A stretch of DNA of 64,000 nucleotides from Haliotis rubra (GCF_003918875.1 NW_025766990.1:434001-498000), one strand, 5' to 3'; positions 13,001-25,841 are shown, counted from the stretch's first letter. Translations and numbers: made by a program. Notes: generated from the letters alone by a model not told the origin.

Positions 13001-16000
13001 GCATCTTGTTCGCTTCATTTCTCAGCATGTGCCATCTCTTCTTCATCTTTGCACTTCATTACATTTCATCATGTACCCTGACTTTATCCGTAGAATCATC
13101 CACAATGTGAATGCCCTCCTAATCATACCACTGACCTTGAGATTCAAACTGAAGCCATGATTCCAACGTCAGCATCAAGGATCTAAAAACTCATTTGCAG
13201 CATAATAAACTTAATATCTTGTAGTAACTGCCACTATTAGAGTAATCATTTTACACATTTATGCAACCCAATCCAGATACAATGAAAAAGGAAAACAAAT
13301 AAGGCAGAAGAATGGTGCTTTGGCTGCTAGAATGGCAACATGGCACCAACTCAGCCAGCAAATGTGCATCGTCTGCCTGACTGGGCACTTCCTTTATTTG
13401 TTATTGAGGAAGCCAGGAGTACCTCAAACCGACAAGCCACTCGTTCAAAAGCTTATCAACACCTCACAATCTCCAAAACCTAATTAGCAGCCAGCTAGAC
13501 TGGACAATGTCCACGACGTACTCACAGGATCTCCTGAAATAGCATTGTGGCGGCAAGAGCAATAGGACGTGGACTATCGGCTATTGTAACATTAACACAC
13601 CCTTGAGTGACGCAGTAAAACATCCTCAAATCAACACATCCATAAAGCAATGGCGAAAGCATTATTGGGAATAAGGGACTGAAAGGGTGATAGATTGAAA
13701 ATCTGGCTGCAAGACATCTCAACATAATGAACAGATGTCAAGACAACAGGATTCATACATAAAAGATACAAATTCTCGCATTCAACAATGTTGCCAAGTT
13801 TCACAGCAAGGAAATGGGGTTAAGATGCAGGATGGAGGTGCAGATCTTGTTCATTGATTTCTGCCAAGAAATGTCGAGTTCAGAAAGGCCTCATCATAAA
13901 GATACTGGAATTCAGAGAGTGTACAAATTGGGCTTTGGTTCCATGTACTGAAAGCTACTTAGTTCTTGAATGCAAGAGTTGGACATATTCAAAAAGGTCC
14001 TTGAAGCTGTTAGACAGTTGAACCATTAAAGCACTGCAGTTTCTGATGTTTTAGCATTGTGGTAATAGAATTGTCAACAGGTTTTTTTCACAAAGTAAAC
14101 ACACTTTCTACAAGTTCTATCACAAGTATGAGTGAGAAATAATCATTTTCCAAAAGCCAACATAAAATGCATGCATTGATTGCCATTATATTGAAGTTAC
14201 ACACAAAGTGCTTCAAACTTTTACCAATTTTATCAATATGATATAAGATTTTTTTGTTTTGGGCCACTTTTAGCTGCCTTCCAGCCATGCTGGCAAGGGG
14301 CACCGAGAGCGGAATCTAGTGGGAATCAAACCTGGAGTGGATAACTTGACGAACACTTCAACCACATGGCCCCTCCTGGGTGAGTAAGTCAATTTGGTTT
14401 TATGCTGCTTTTAGCAATATTCCAGCAATATCATAGAGGGGACAATAGAAATGGGCTGCAAACATTGTACACATGTGAGGAATCGAACACGGGTCTTCAG
14501 CGTGATGGACAAACGCTTTAACCACTAGGCTACCTCACCACCCTGGCCCTTCCTGGACTTTATCAAGGTACCAAATATTCAAATTTACATGTGAAATAAA
14601 TCAGGTGACCGTACACAGAAACCTTGAACACAACACAAGAAATGAATTTATTTGACGTTTGCAGCATCAAGTGTTCGTAAAGTTAGCAAGAAAATAAAAT
14701 GATTAATTTACAATGGCCTTACATGTTATGTACCACAAAATTCCACATGGTTAATGTAATGTCTCCTAGATGCCAACTATAATACAAATATGGACAATGG
14801 CAGTTTTCCAATTTCCCAGGACAGGTTCCATGTTTCTGAGCACTGACATTGTGTAACTAGCAGCTGATGTTTGGCAACCATATTGGATTAAGCAGATAAC
14901 AGTCTTGTACAACAAAACGAATGACTTAGTCATCTTGACTGCTTGTCCACTATCAGCACCTGTAGTTATAAGGTAGAAATCACCTGCCATTAAAATTACG
15001 CTGATTGAAAAGTGGTTTGGAGCCACAAATCTAACGAAAAAATAACCCTGTCAACTGTTAATAAAGGGAAATAACTTATTGAGCTTATGTTTCCCATTAT
15101 TGTCAAGGGTGGTAGGGTAGCCTTGTAGTCAAAGCGTTCACTTGTCATGTCCAAGACCAGGGTTCGATTCTTACATAGGTACAATGTGTGAGGCGCAGAA
15201 ATCAGAGATCTGTCAGACAGTTTCAAAATTGGAACTACCAATCCTCATTAATCTGTTTCTATGACAAGTTAGGGCAGTAGGATTGCCCTGCCAGAAAACG
15301 CCATTGTTGTCTGAAAATAATTATTAACAATACCCCTTATGGATATGTGGAATATTGCTGACTCCAATACTGTCAAGGTTAGATCTAGCAACAGCAATAA
15401 CAATGCTAAATTCTAAGGGATTAACCATTTAATTTTCAAGGGGTAGGGTGGCATTGGTTAATAAAACAAAATCAGTAAGTACCCAGCCCACCTCAAAACT
15501 AAAATGATTGCTCCCTAATTCATCCAGCACTTCTGTTCACCGATTGCATACTGCTAATTTTCGACAGTCATCTTATCAAGTGCATTTTGCCTTGTTCCAG
15601 GTTTGAAAAATGAAGATGAAAAAGGCTTGAGTCATGGGATCCCACAAAGAAATTGTCACAGGAAAAGTTGCTGGTTAAAGACTAAGGGAACGAGAAACCA
15701 TGTCTACCCACAACTTAAAATATTTTGGTATCTTACTTTGTTTACAAACTGGATCACATCGAACTGATCAGGAACTCTTCAATAAAGGGAGGTTACTCTC
15801 ATTTTGTCACTTGCAACTCTGTCGTGTCTGCAGGTTAAACTACTAATATCAGGAGAAAATATTCAAATTAACATGGTGGCAAAAAGAAATCTGAGATGTT
15901 AAACAATGAATTCATTCTCAAATTATTCCTTGAAACATCAACATACACAGTTTTGCTTCAGGAAACAAATTGAACAAATTTGACATGGACAAATGACAGA

Positions 16001-16094
16001 TTCAACAGTGTAATATGTAATATGTTGACCAAAATGTTTATGTGGCAAACCCAGGAAAAATAGATTTTAAATTTTGATATTGTGCACAACCCTC

Positions 16095-16233
16095 CATGGG
16101 CGGATCCAGAGGGGGGTGCAGGGGTGTGCACCCCTCTTTTGTCCTGAAAGTTTATTAAATCATAGGCAGATCTATTTGGTCTCAGGTTAAAAATTGTGCA
16201 CCATGCCTTTCTCAAACAGCTGTATCTGCCCCA
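16095..16233. mobile_element. Short GC-rich MITE remnant
   Basis: GGGCGGATCCAG start and CTGTATCTGCCCC end form imperfect TIRs. Confidence 0.45.
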
Positions 16234-17697
16234 GCCCTGAAACTCCTTGAAGTCAGAAACAGCAGTAAGCAGCTTCAATTAATCCAACAAGCTGTCCAGG
16301 CCGGGCTGAGATGAGAAATGGAAACCATTTTTACATCAATGATTACACCACCAGATGCCATGATGTCTTGAGCAAACCTAATGGAAATTATCATTAGTAT
16401 CCTTCGTACAAACTTGCAGGTTTTTTAATCCATGGTTTCTGGAATTATCTTGTAATTTTTCAATATCTGATGACCTTTCCATTTCATCAAAAAATTAAAT
16501 ATTCACATTATTATCTTTTCAATGACCTTGAGAGCTCCTATGGTTATGAGAATGTTCACAATATTTCAGGTCAATCACAAGTTTTGAAGAAGAAACTGAA
16601 ATTGAAGAATGTGTGAAAAGAGGCAAGCAAATGAGATCTCTACTTGAAGACTAAATTCTATTTTTTTTCAGCCATAATTGATCAGGAAGTTGCATTTAAA
16701 ATGGCGACATGCTAAAAGTTTCTGGGCTACAATTATCGACCTCAATTTCTACACTTTAAGATTTTTATCTCCAAAACTTCCCAACATGCTTTGATGTTTT
16801 TACAAGGTAATCATGGTCCACTTGTCAGAGGAAATATGAATCTTAATTTGGCTCCTTGTGAAACTGGGCTGGCTCATAAAATATTGTTCAACTCCAAGGA
16901 AATTAACGTCGACCAGTAGGATCTCCCTAATAAAACTTGCAGCTACCCAGATTGTACCAATGTTTTTTCTTCGGTTGTCAAAAATTTAAAAACTGCTGCA
17001 TTCACAACTCACATTTGAAGCATGCTTCAGGGTACAGACATGGATCTGTCGTTGTGCCCTTTGGAATTTAAGTGTGAGAGTAGGAAAAATACTTTTGATC
17101 CATCTTCTAACTTGGTGTGATTTACAAAGTTTGATGCCTTCCGTTTCGGTAAGATTGATAACATCCCATTCAAACTCTGATCCTTAGGTTTATATCTAAT
17201 CATGCTGTCATTACAAGTGAATGTGCTCAAGATGACTTCAGCTGGAGAGCATTTATCATGGCTTTGTGATTCGCATCCTTGAAGGTATTATTTTATTTAC
17301 TATGATTTCTTAATAAGCCCCTCTGCTAGAGTAGGTGACTTGGGTTTAAAGCTGTTTTTAAATTGTATTTACATCACAGCTTGTCAGGTTAAGATAAGAC
17401 AAACTGGAGTTTTTGGTTCAAACTTGATTATTTACTGACGTCCGTTTTTACCTGGATATTGCTGAGTGCAAACAAACCTTCAAAAGCTGCAGGACTCACA
17501 CTGACTGATTTGTAACCTGTGCACTTTACATAGGATCCTGTGCCATCACAGGAGAAAGAATACAGCTAACTAGGTGAAAACACCACAGTAATCTCTGAAA
17601 AGCCAACTGTCATTAGATATACATACATAGATATAAACTCATCACTCACGCCAAGAATAGAATCACTGGATTGTTTGGCCCAAACTTAATTATTTAC

Positions 17698-17946
17698 TGA
17701 GTGAGTGAGTGAGTGAGTTTAGTTTCACGCCGCGCTCAGCAATATTCTAGCTATATGGCGGCGATCTGAAAATAATCGAATTGGACCAGACAATCCAGTA
17801 ATCAACAGCATGAGCATCGATCTGCGCAATTGGAACCGATGACACATGTCAACCAAGTCAGCAAGTCTGACCACCCGATCCTGTCAGTCGCCTCTTACGA
17901 CCAGCATGGGTTACTGAAGGTTCATTCTAACCCGGACCTTCACGGG
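17698..17946 (-). mobile_element. SINE-like family B nested in an older opposite-strand B copy (17662-18030)
   Basis: TSD TTAATTATTTACTGA. Confidence 0.88.
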
Positions 17947-18281
17947 TTAATTATTTACTGACCATCGTTATATAGCTGGAATATTGCTGAGTGTGGTTTA
18001 AAACAAACAAACAAACAAACAAACAAACAAACAGGTAATACAGCCCAGGTGATGCAGGTGTTAGATGTTTACCATTCTGGAGAAACCTGCAGGTATCGGA
18101 ATGTTGCAGACAAACCTAGAACCATAATCAGGGGTATCAGGGATTCGAACCCACATATATTGTTCCTGGCACATCCAAGGGAGGTAACTCTGCATGGTGA
18201 AATGCCATTTTAGTAAACACTAGGCCACTCTCATACAAAGAACTTCTGAACTTCAAGACAACCTATGAATGACTATCTTAC

Positions 18282-18327
18282 CATGTGCACTCCCTGCTAC
18301 TTCCAGCATCATAGCTTGTGTCAGCAT
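18282..18327 (-). CDS. Candidate alternative first exon (MLTQAMMLEVAGSAH + phase-1 G)
   Basis: ATG CTG ACA CAA GCT ATG ATG CTG GAA GTA GCA GGG AGT GCA CAT G|GTAAGA. Same phase as the 23131 exon; CpG/CCAAT-containing patch upstream at ~18450-18575. Confidence 0.4.
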
Positions 18328-19303
18328 CCCATCGTTACATCCAACACAAAGACTATATATCAAAGGTTCAAATTACCAAGCCATATGGCATCCCAACACG
18401 GATATATACTTCCAGTGAAATAGACATCAGAGTCAGCTGTAATGTCCATTATGACGATGCTATACACAACCATTCAGCCGTCGTCAATTACTTCACTATC
18501 ATGACCACTTTAATGACCAATCAGGCGACCAGTGGAACGATTTACGTCCCATCTCCTTGGAAAAAATTGGATCGGGATAAGAAAATTAATTATTGATAGA
18601 TCATCTGAATGATCAGAGGTTGGAGTCACTTAGACAGCTGATTTGAAGGGTTTGTTACACGACCGTGGTTCTGAAAGCCATCGATACAAGGCCAGTTGGC
18701 TACTTATCTTCTGTGATTAATCTACATAGATGTGCATTTGATTTTATCTTCTGAGACCGTGTCCAAGATCAAGTCTGGGTAAGGTTTTAATTCCAAAACC
18801 TTCCTTTTCCTCTCAAACTGATGAATATTTCACAGGGGTTTTATTTGTGGTACAAATTGAATCTATTGATCAAGCATACATAAGGCATAAAAAAGCAATT
18901 GTCTGAAACTGCTAAAAAGCACATTCAGTGCTCTGAAATAGCAGGATCTTGCGATAAATTTGTCGCAGAAGATTGCATCCTTTGTCATGAATATATATGA
19001 TGAAACTTTCACTTTCAAGTGAAAAAAATATTCTTGTGTGCTGGAATTTGAAACAAATGTGTTGATTGTGTCTTCATATCTTGATATTGAAGTAAATCTT
19101 ATAAACTGACACAGGTAGGTTGTTTTTTTATGCCGCACTCAGCAATATTCCAGCTCTATGGCGGCGGTCTGTAAATAATAATGATAACTGACACTGGAAT
19201 AACAAGAAGTATGTGCATGCTGTGTTATGCTACATTCAGGAATTTTCCAGCAGTACCAGAGCACTGTTAACTTGCATACTATGTTATACTCTTAAATTAG
19301 GTG

Positions 19304-19650
19304 GACCGCCTCCGTGGTGTAGTGGTTAGAGCGTCTGCCCGGAGAGTGGAAGGTCGCGGGTTCGATCCCCAACGCGTCATACCAAAAGACGTTAAAATAT
19401 GGTACTTGTTGGTCCCTGCCTGACGCTTGGCATTAACAAGGACTGGTCGGCTCGGAGTCAGTATAATGTGTCTGAGTGGGGTATTCATGCTTCACTGTGG
19501 CATGGTATCTCAGTGGGCTAGCACTATAAAACCAGCTTAAGTCTGGGCTAGTACAAGCAGCCGCGCATACACATACACACACATGCACGTCGTCATATGA
19601 GCGAAATATTCTCAAGTACGACGTAAAACCCAATTTCACCTCACCTCACC
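19304..19650 (+). mobile_element. SINE family C
   Basis: TSD CTTAAATTAGGT. Confidence 0.9.
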
Positions 19651-20351
19651 TTAAATTAGGTTTGGTTTGGTTGTTGTTTAACACCGCACTCAGCACTATT
19701 CCAGGTATATGGCGGCGGTCTGTCAATAATCGAGACCAGACAATCCAGTGATCAACAGCATGAGCATCGATCTATGCAATTGGGATACGATAACATCTGT
19801 CAACCAAGTCAGCAAGCCTGACCACCCGATCTTGTCAGCCACCTCTTATGACAAGCATGGGTTGCTGAAGATCAGTTCTAACCTGGATCTTCATGGGTCC
19901 TTTAATTAGGAGTAGGCTCCACAAACCAGGTGATGATAGGATGTGCATTGATACCCACATAGAATGTTGAAGCTTACAGAACCAACACATGAACGTTCAT
20001 TATTTTGGACATAGCAAAGTTAAACTTGAAAAAATTCCCCCAAAACAAACAAACTAAAAAAATCCAAAACAAAAGGTGATACTAAGATCAGACTTTGACC
20101 AGGAATCATTACTGTTATGTATGACTAACATGTTTCTCAGACAGTTTGTAAAGAATGTCAGGAATTGCAATAATATTTTGTCACGACACCTTAATGTTTG
20201 TTTGTTTGTTTAACTACATACTTAACAGTTTTAAGCTGTTTGACTATGGTCTATAAATAACCCTACTGATCCAGTGGCTGACATCATGAGCATCAAACTA
20301 TGCAATTGGGATGCGATGACATTCATCAACCAGGTCAGAGAGTCTGATCAC

Positions 20352-20775
20352 TAGTGGTGGTCCGATTAATTGAAATAATCGAAGATTGGTCGTAGTGACT
20401 AAACGACCAAGCAATCGATCATAATTTCTCATAATCAAACACAAACAATTCTGGAACACTTGTTTTCATTCACAATATTTTTCACATGTTTGGTTTTGTC
20501 TGTTACATTTCGTAAGTCCTGCAATCTCGTTTCAAGTCATGATTGAATTTATCTTAAAGATTCCAAGAAATGTATGTTCCCAACATACTAGTCATCCTTT
20601 AAAGATGTGAAATTTTGCCCCAAAAACAACTAAAACAACTACCTACATGTTTTTTTCCTTATTTTTATGTGCATTAACAAATTTCATAAATGACGCTAAC
20701 CAATTATTTTCGATGATTGATCGGTAGTAATGAACCAATCATCAGTTATGAGATTTGAACCAATTCCCAACACTA
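20352..20775. mobile_element. hAT-type MITE inserted in a SINE-B copy
   Basis: Ends TAGTGGTGG.../...CCCAACACTA; 8-bp TSD CTGATCAC. Confidence 0.85.
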
Positions 20776-21549
20776 CTGATCACCAATCACCTCCTATGAT
20801 AAGCTTTTGTTGCTGAAAGCCAACTTGAACCTTGATCATCACAGATCACACATGTAATATTATAAAAGGTTTAGGAATTGTCACCAAACATTTGACGGCT
20901 TAACATGTAACATTGCACTTACATTGATCAACATTACTGGAGAAACCAACATAAAATTCACATGAATGTGTTGTCAAACATTTGATGTGACATAGTATTG
21001 ATCAAACATTCCTTTTGTCCACAGCATATGCATATCATCTGATTTCTCTTCCACAGGCTCATCACACAGTTAAAAGCAATGTCTCATTCTACAGACATGA
21101 GGTCAGCTTGTTGATGTCAATAGGGGGATTGCAAATAAAGTCAACAAACAGTCCTTTGATGGAAATGGAGAAACTGTTGTTTATATCAGCTATTTTATTG
21201 CATCCTTTGAAGTGATGCAGCATGGATGACTGATTGCATGCAATGAGCATGCTGTAGCAGTTGCAGGACGCCAAAGGAGTGGTTGATATCACAAATACAT
21301 GTACTGTTTTAAGTGACTGGGTGCAAGTAGCAATTACCAATCAAGGTGTGTCCACCTGCCGTGTGTGTTTACTGGCAACACACCATGGTATTACTTTATT
21401 GGTGCTTGTGGTCTTGTTGTAAAGGATATCAATGTGTAATTGACATGGTTCCTGCTGTATGGATGACAGTAAGACTTTGTTTGAAAAATGGCAAATTAAT
21501 AATGTCAATAAAGGCAAATTGTGTTAATGGCAAGAGTTACCAGTAGGGG

Positions 21550-21900
21550 ACCGCCTCCGTGGTGTAGTGGTTAGAGCGTCCGCCCAGAGAGCGGAAGGTC
21601 GCGGGTTTGATCCCCGACCGCGTCATACCAAAAGACGTTAAAATATGGTACTTGTTGCTCCCTGCCTGGCGCTTGGCATTAATGGCTACAACAAGGACTG
21701 GTTGGCTCGGAGTCAGTATAATGTGTCTGAGTGGGGTATTCATGCTTCACTGCGGCATGGTATCTCAGTGTGCTAGCACTATAAAACCAGCTTCAGTCTG
21801 GGCTAGTACAAGCAGCCGCACATACACATACACATGCATGCACGTCGTCATATGAGCGAAATATTCTCAAGCATGACATAAAACCCAATTTCACCTCACC
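21550..21900 (+). mobile_element. SINE family C
   Basis: TSD TACCAGTAGGG. Confidence 0.9.
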
Positions 21901-22271
21901 TACCAGTAGGGCTGGACATGCTTTCCCTATTTGTAGACACCTGGTGTCATTACTGATGTTCAGTGGCCAATTCCCATGATTTTCACATCTATTTGTTCTT
22001 TATTCCCAATGGACTCTATTTCTGAGTATAGTCAAAACTAGGTATATTTAATAAGAAAGCCTTCATGAATTTATCCTTGAATATTGACAACATGGGTGTA
22101 TCGATATTCATAATTACTTCATTTCAAATGAACAATGTGAAATCTGTATATTTATTATATTCAGTGTGAAATTCATTTGATTCCATGTGAAATTGAGTTG
22201 GTTCTGCGTGAAAACACTTTCCTGAAAGAGAATAAGATCCATGGTCTTCTGTTCATCTTGAATAATACTAT

Positions 22272-22517
22272 AGTGAGTGAGTGAATTTAGCTTTATGCAG
22301 CACTCAGCAGTATTCCAGCTTTATGGCGGCGGTCTGTAAATAATCAAGTCTGGACCAGACAATCGAGTGATCAACAACATGACCATCGATCTACGCAATT
22401 GGGAACCGATGACATGTGTCAACCAAGTCAGCGAGCCTGACCTCCAGATCCCGTTAGTGGCCTCTTAACAAAAGCATGGGTTACTGAAGATCAATTCTAA
22501 CCCGCATCTTCCTGGGT
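22272..22517 (-). mobile_element. SINE-like family B (other copies at 19658-19898, 20195-20845, 23815-24056)
   Basis: Consensus match. Confidence 0.88.
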
Positions 22518-22836
22518 TGAAAAGTACTATAACCTACTGGAAAATCTTAATTAAATAGTGTTAAGAGACTTTTTAAAATCAATATTGAAATAATCCTTGA
22601 GGAGATACAGGCATATAAAAATTAATGATGTACTTTGAAGATTGAATTAAGTAATAACAGATAAACATAATATATTGTAGAGAGATTTGAACACCTGAAG
22701 AGCAATATGTATGCATGATAAAGAGTCCCTGGGAATGCTCCCCAGGGAGTTGAGATTGACAATATGGTGTGCCGATAAGATTGACATCCAGTGAATGAGG
22801 GCCTTTGAGCAGAGCTGGATTTCAGCCCTATACAAA

Positions 22837-22872
22837 TGTATGTATGTATGTATGTATGTATGTATGTATGTA

Positions 22873-22903
<31 letters not shown>

Positions 22904-22928
22904 GTATGTATGTATGTATGTGTATGTA
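22837..22928. repeat. (TATG)n/(TGTATG)n microsatellite
   Basis: Directly visible. Confidence 0.95.
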
Positions 22929-23130
22929 CTTTGTTGACGATTTCATCAACTTGTGATCATGTTTGGACACAAATTGAATATCTTTCTATCGCTATTTCAA
23001 AACAGGTGAAACTGCACATTTCAACCAATGCTGTGGAGAAACTATATTTCCGCGAAGCATGGTACTGAACTTGTGCGTTGCTACGGTGATGCAGTAACGT
23101 TAGTTTCGTGGAATAAAAGCTAATACTTAC

Positions 23131-23161
23131 CAAAATCGGCGCTTGGATCAGAGACCGTCAT
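23131..23161 (-). CDS. Candidate first coding exon (MTVSDPSADF + phase-1 G) of an unidentified minus-strand gene
   Basis: Minus strand reads ACAAGC-ATG ACG GTC TCT GAT CCA AGC GCC GAT TTT G|GTAAGT (strong donor, A at -3). It lies just downstream of a CpG-rich segment, and DNA to its left is CpG-depleted. Confidence 0.6.
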
Positions 23162-23360
23162 GCTTGTCGGTTGTCTAGAACACAAGATCTATTCACAAGT
23201 CCTGAATAACATATCCCAACGTGCGTCCCCGACACGTCACTTCCACGAAATACACGTCTTGCACGTGCTACTGTTTACGTGTTGATTTCAGTCGAGTTCC
23301 GCACCACTTGTCCCGGAAATACCCCGGCCTTCAACGTGGGACCGACAGCGTTGAGGTAGT
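23162..23360 (-). promoter_or_regulatory. CpG-rich promoter/5'UTR of the minus-strand gene
   Basis: Abrupt CpG enrichment, with a CACGTG E-box and a CCGGAA ETS-like core next to the candidate first exon. Confidence 0.55.
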
Positions 23361-24544
23361 TGAGTCATGACATTCTGAAACAATAAAACAGATACATCAA
23401 CCTTCTCGTGTTTCTTACACCTATCAATCGGGTAATGGATATGTTCATTAAGGGAGGGCTGTATCTCAGCGTGTGTTATTTGAACACTGTTTGTTATTTT
23501 CGTATCTGAGGTACAGTCATATCCCCTTTCGGTTCTCTCGGGAATACGGGTGGATGATATACCGTTGCTATTTATAGATGGGTGGAGTGTATATTACACT
23601 TTGAACCGATACGTTGTTGAGGATTACCCTTGAGTGTTTATCTCACTAAGTTCTCATCTAAGATAATCTGCTGTATAAATATAATAGGCCTACGCATTTG
23701 AGAGACCTTCCTACCATATTACGTGAACGTAAATATCTGTCTTTTTTGTTAATAAAAACAGCGTATTTTTGAGGACCATAAGAATCTAGGCGGGCCGAAA
23801 CGCTATTTTTAACTTTGTTTGTTTGTTGGTTGGTTAACGCCACGCTCAGCAATATTCCAGCTAAATGGGGACGGTCTGTCAACAATCCAGTTTTGAACAG
23901 GCAATCCAGTGATCAACAGCATGAGCATCGATCTGCGCAATGTGGATACAATGACACGTATCAGCCAAGTCAGCGAGCCTGACCACCCGATCCCGTTAGT
24001 CGTTCTTAGGACAAGCATGGGTCGCTGAAGACCAATTCTAACCCGGATTTTAACGGTCTCGAACGCTGGACCGACTAACCCTCCTGTACTCTGTGTCTGC
24101 TGGAGGATCAACGAGGATGGGGTCGTCATCATGTTATCAACCACCTGTTTGCCTGACCGCAACTGTTTTAGAGTGAGTGTGGTTTTACGCCGCTTTTAGC
24201 AACATTCAAGCAATATCATGGCGGGGGACACCAGAAATGGGCGTCACACATTGTACCCATGTAGAGAATCGAACCCAGGTCTACTCCACCGCCGCGCTTT
24301 AACCACTAGGCTAGCCCACCGCCCCGCAACTGTTTAAGAAAAAATATCTTCCCCTGACATTTCTACCCCTTCTTCAGCACCCATCCACAATATAATCGTA
24401 ATTGTACATGCTGCTTGATCGGAAACAAAACTGTGGGGTCCCACAGCGGGTATGCCTTGGAGCGCTGATTGATAGGATATTCCGTTTCCACATTTTATTT
24501 TGATTTTATTTGGAAAATAAACAAATTGTTACATTTGAACCTTC

Positions 24545-24793
24545 TTTGTTACAGTTGCCCCATCCACCTGTTACAATTGCCCCGTGCTAGGGGTCAATTG
24601 TAACACTTGTAGTCATTGCATTTGATACGTAATAACTTTGTAAATACATGATAGTGAACTTGAAACGACACTGAGGTTTAAAGCCAAGAAGCCAATGTAC
24701 TAGTTAGTACCGATTAACTTTGTGAGCGGTCGTCTGGGATCGAACTACAAGAAGTTAAGTAAAAAGTGTTACAATTGACCCCGGTCTCCCCTA
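24545..24793. mobile_element. pogo/Tigger-like MITE remnant
   Basis: Repeated GTTACAATTG(A/C)CCC subterminal motifs in both orientations; terminus ...CCCCGGTCTCCCCTA. Confidence 0.5.
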
Positions 24794-25518
24794 CGCACGC
24801 ACGCATGCACGCACGCAGAGACAAATCCGCACCATACGTTCTCTCACCCGACTCAGTTTCCATCCCCAGACTATTTAATGGTCGCTCCCTTTAAAGAACA
24901 AAACCTGCCACCACCCACCTAACCACCCCCTTTCGCACAAACATCCCACCCGACCCAGTTCTCGCCCCCCAAAACCTCAACACACAACCACAACACTGTA
25001 AATATGGGGCAGTCTCTTTTACGTGCCTCAAGCCGCTCTCACAGTCGCTCTCAAGGCGTGCCGATAAACTGACAAATTATTAATTCTTCTGTGATAAATT
25101 ACGTCGACCGTGCCTATATGACGTGACCACGAGAACGTCACACGCCCGAGTCTCAGAACGTGTTTTGTGTGGACAATTAAAGCAAGCTTTTTCAGTTACA
25201 CCTCAAATGAAGAGGTGCCGTGGGTTCACTCTCCATTAGCCAGAGTCTGACCAAAAAAAGTCTTGTTGAGACAACATTGCACTATGGTTAAGTGAGAGGA
25301 CATCGTGCCATGTCCGAACTTTTCTATGACCATAAATCTTTTCAATCCACCGGAGATTAAACTTGACAGCTCGTATTACGTAATATGTTTACAGACAAGT
25401 CGTCCAAAACGAGAACAATGAAACGCCCCGTTAATACGGACGGGGATGTTCACAGTACAAATAACCCTCAATAATCTGAATTACGTTTTGGACTGTACAT
25501 GAGCCATATGTCCCATTA

Positions 25519-25685
25519 GGGGCGGCGGGGAAGCCTAATGGGTAAAGCGTTGGCTCGTCACGCCGAAGACCCGGGTTCGAATCCCCACATGGGTACAATG
25601 TGTGAAGCCCATTTCTGGTGCCCCCCGCCGTGATGTTGCTGGAATATTGCTAAAAGCGGCGTAAAACCAAACTCAGTCAGTCAGT
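25519..25685 (+). mobile_element. SINE family A (other copies at 24172-24325, 26899-27062, 28007-28083)
   Basis: TSD CATATGTCCCATTA. Confidence 0.9.
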
Positions 25686-25841
25686 CATATGTCCCATTAG
25701 TTGGATAAAACAAAATGACGGAATTGAGAGGTGTCCGGATTGATCTCCTTCGGTGATCGTAGAGAGGGTATTGTTCCTGATCAAACACAGCCAATGTTAT
25801 TGTTGATCTTTTGAGCTAGATTGTCTATCTTTACAGCCCTG

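Noticed and set aside
11787-13160. Three long overlapping Cys/His/Pro-rich ORFs
   Set aside because: All three frames are open across a 25-bp tandem repeat; not coding.
15366-15388. miR-8/200-like sequence AATACTGTCAAGGTTAGATC
   Set aside because: Several mismatches and no complementary arm.
19195-19216. miR-1-like sequence TGGAATAACAAGAAGTATGTG
   Set aside because: Seed differs from miR-1 (GGAATGT) and there is no proper upstream 5p arm.
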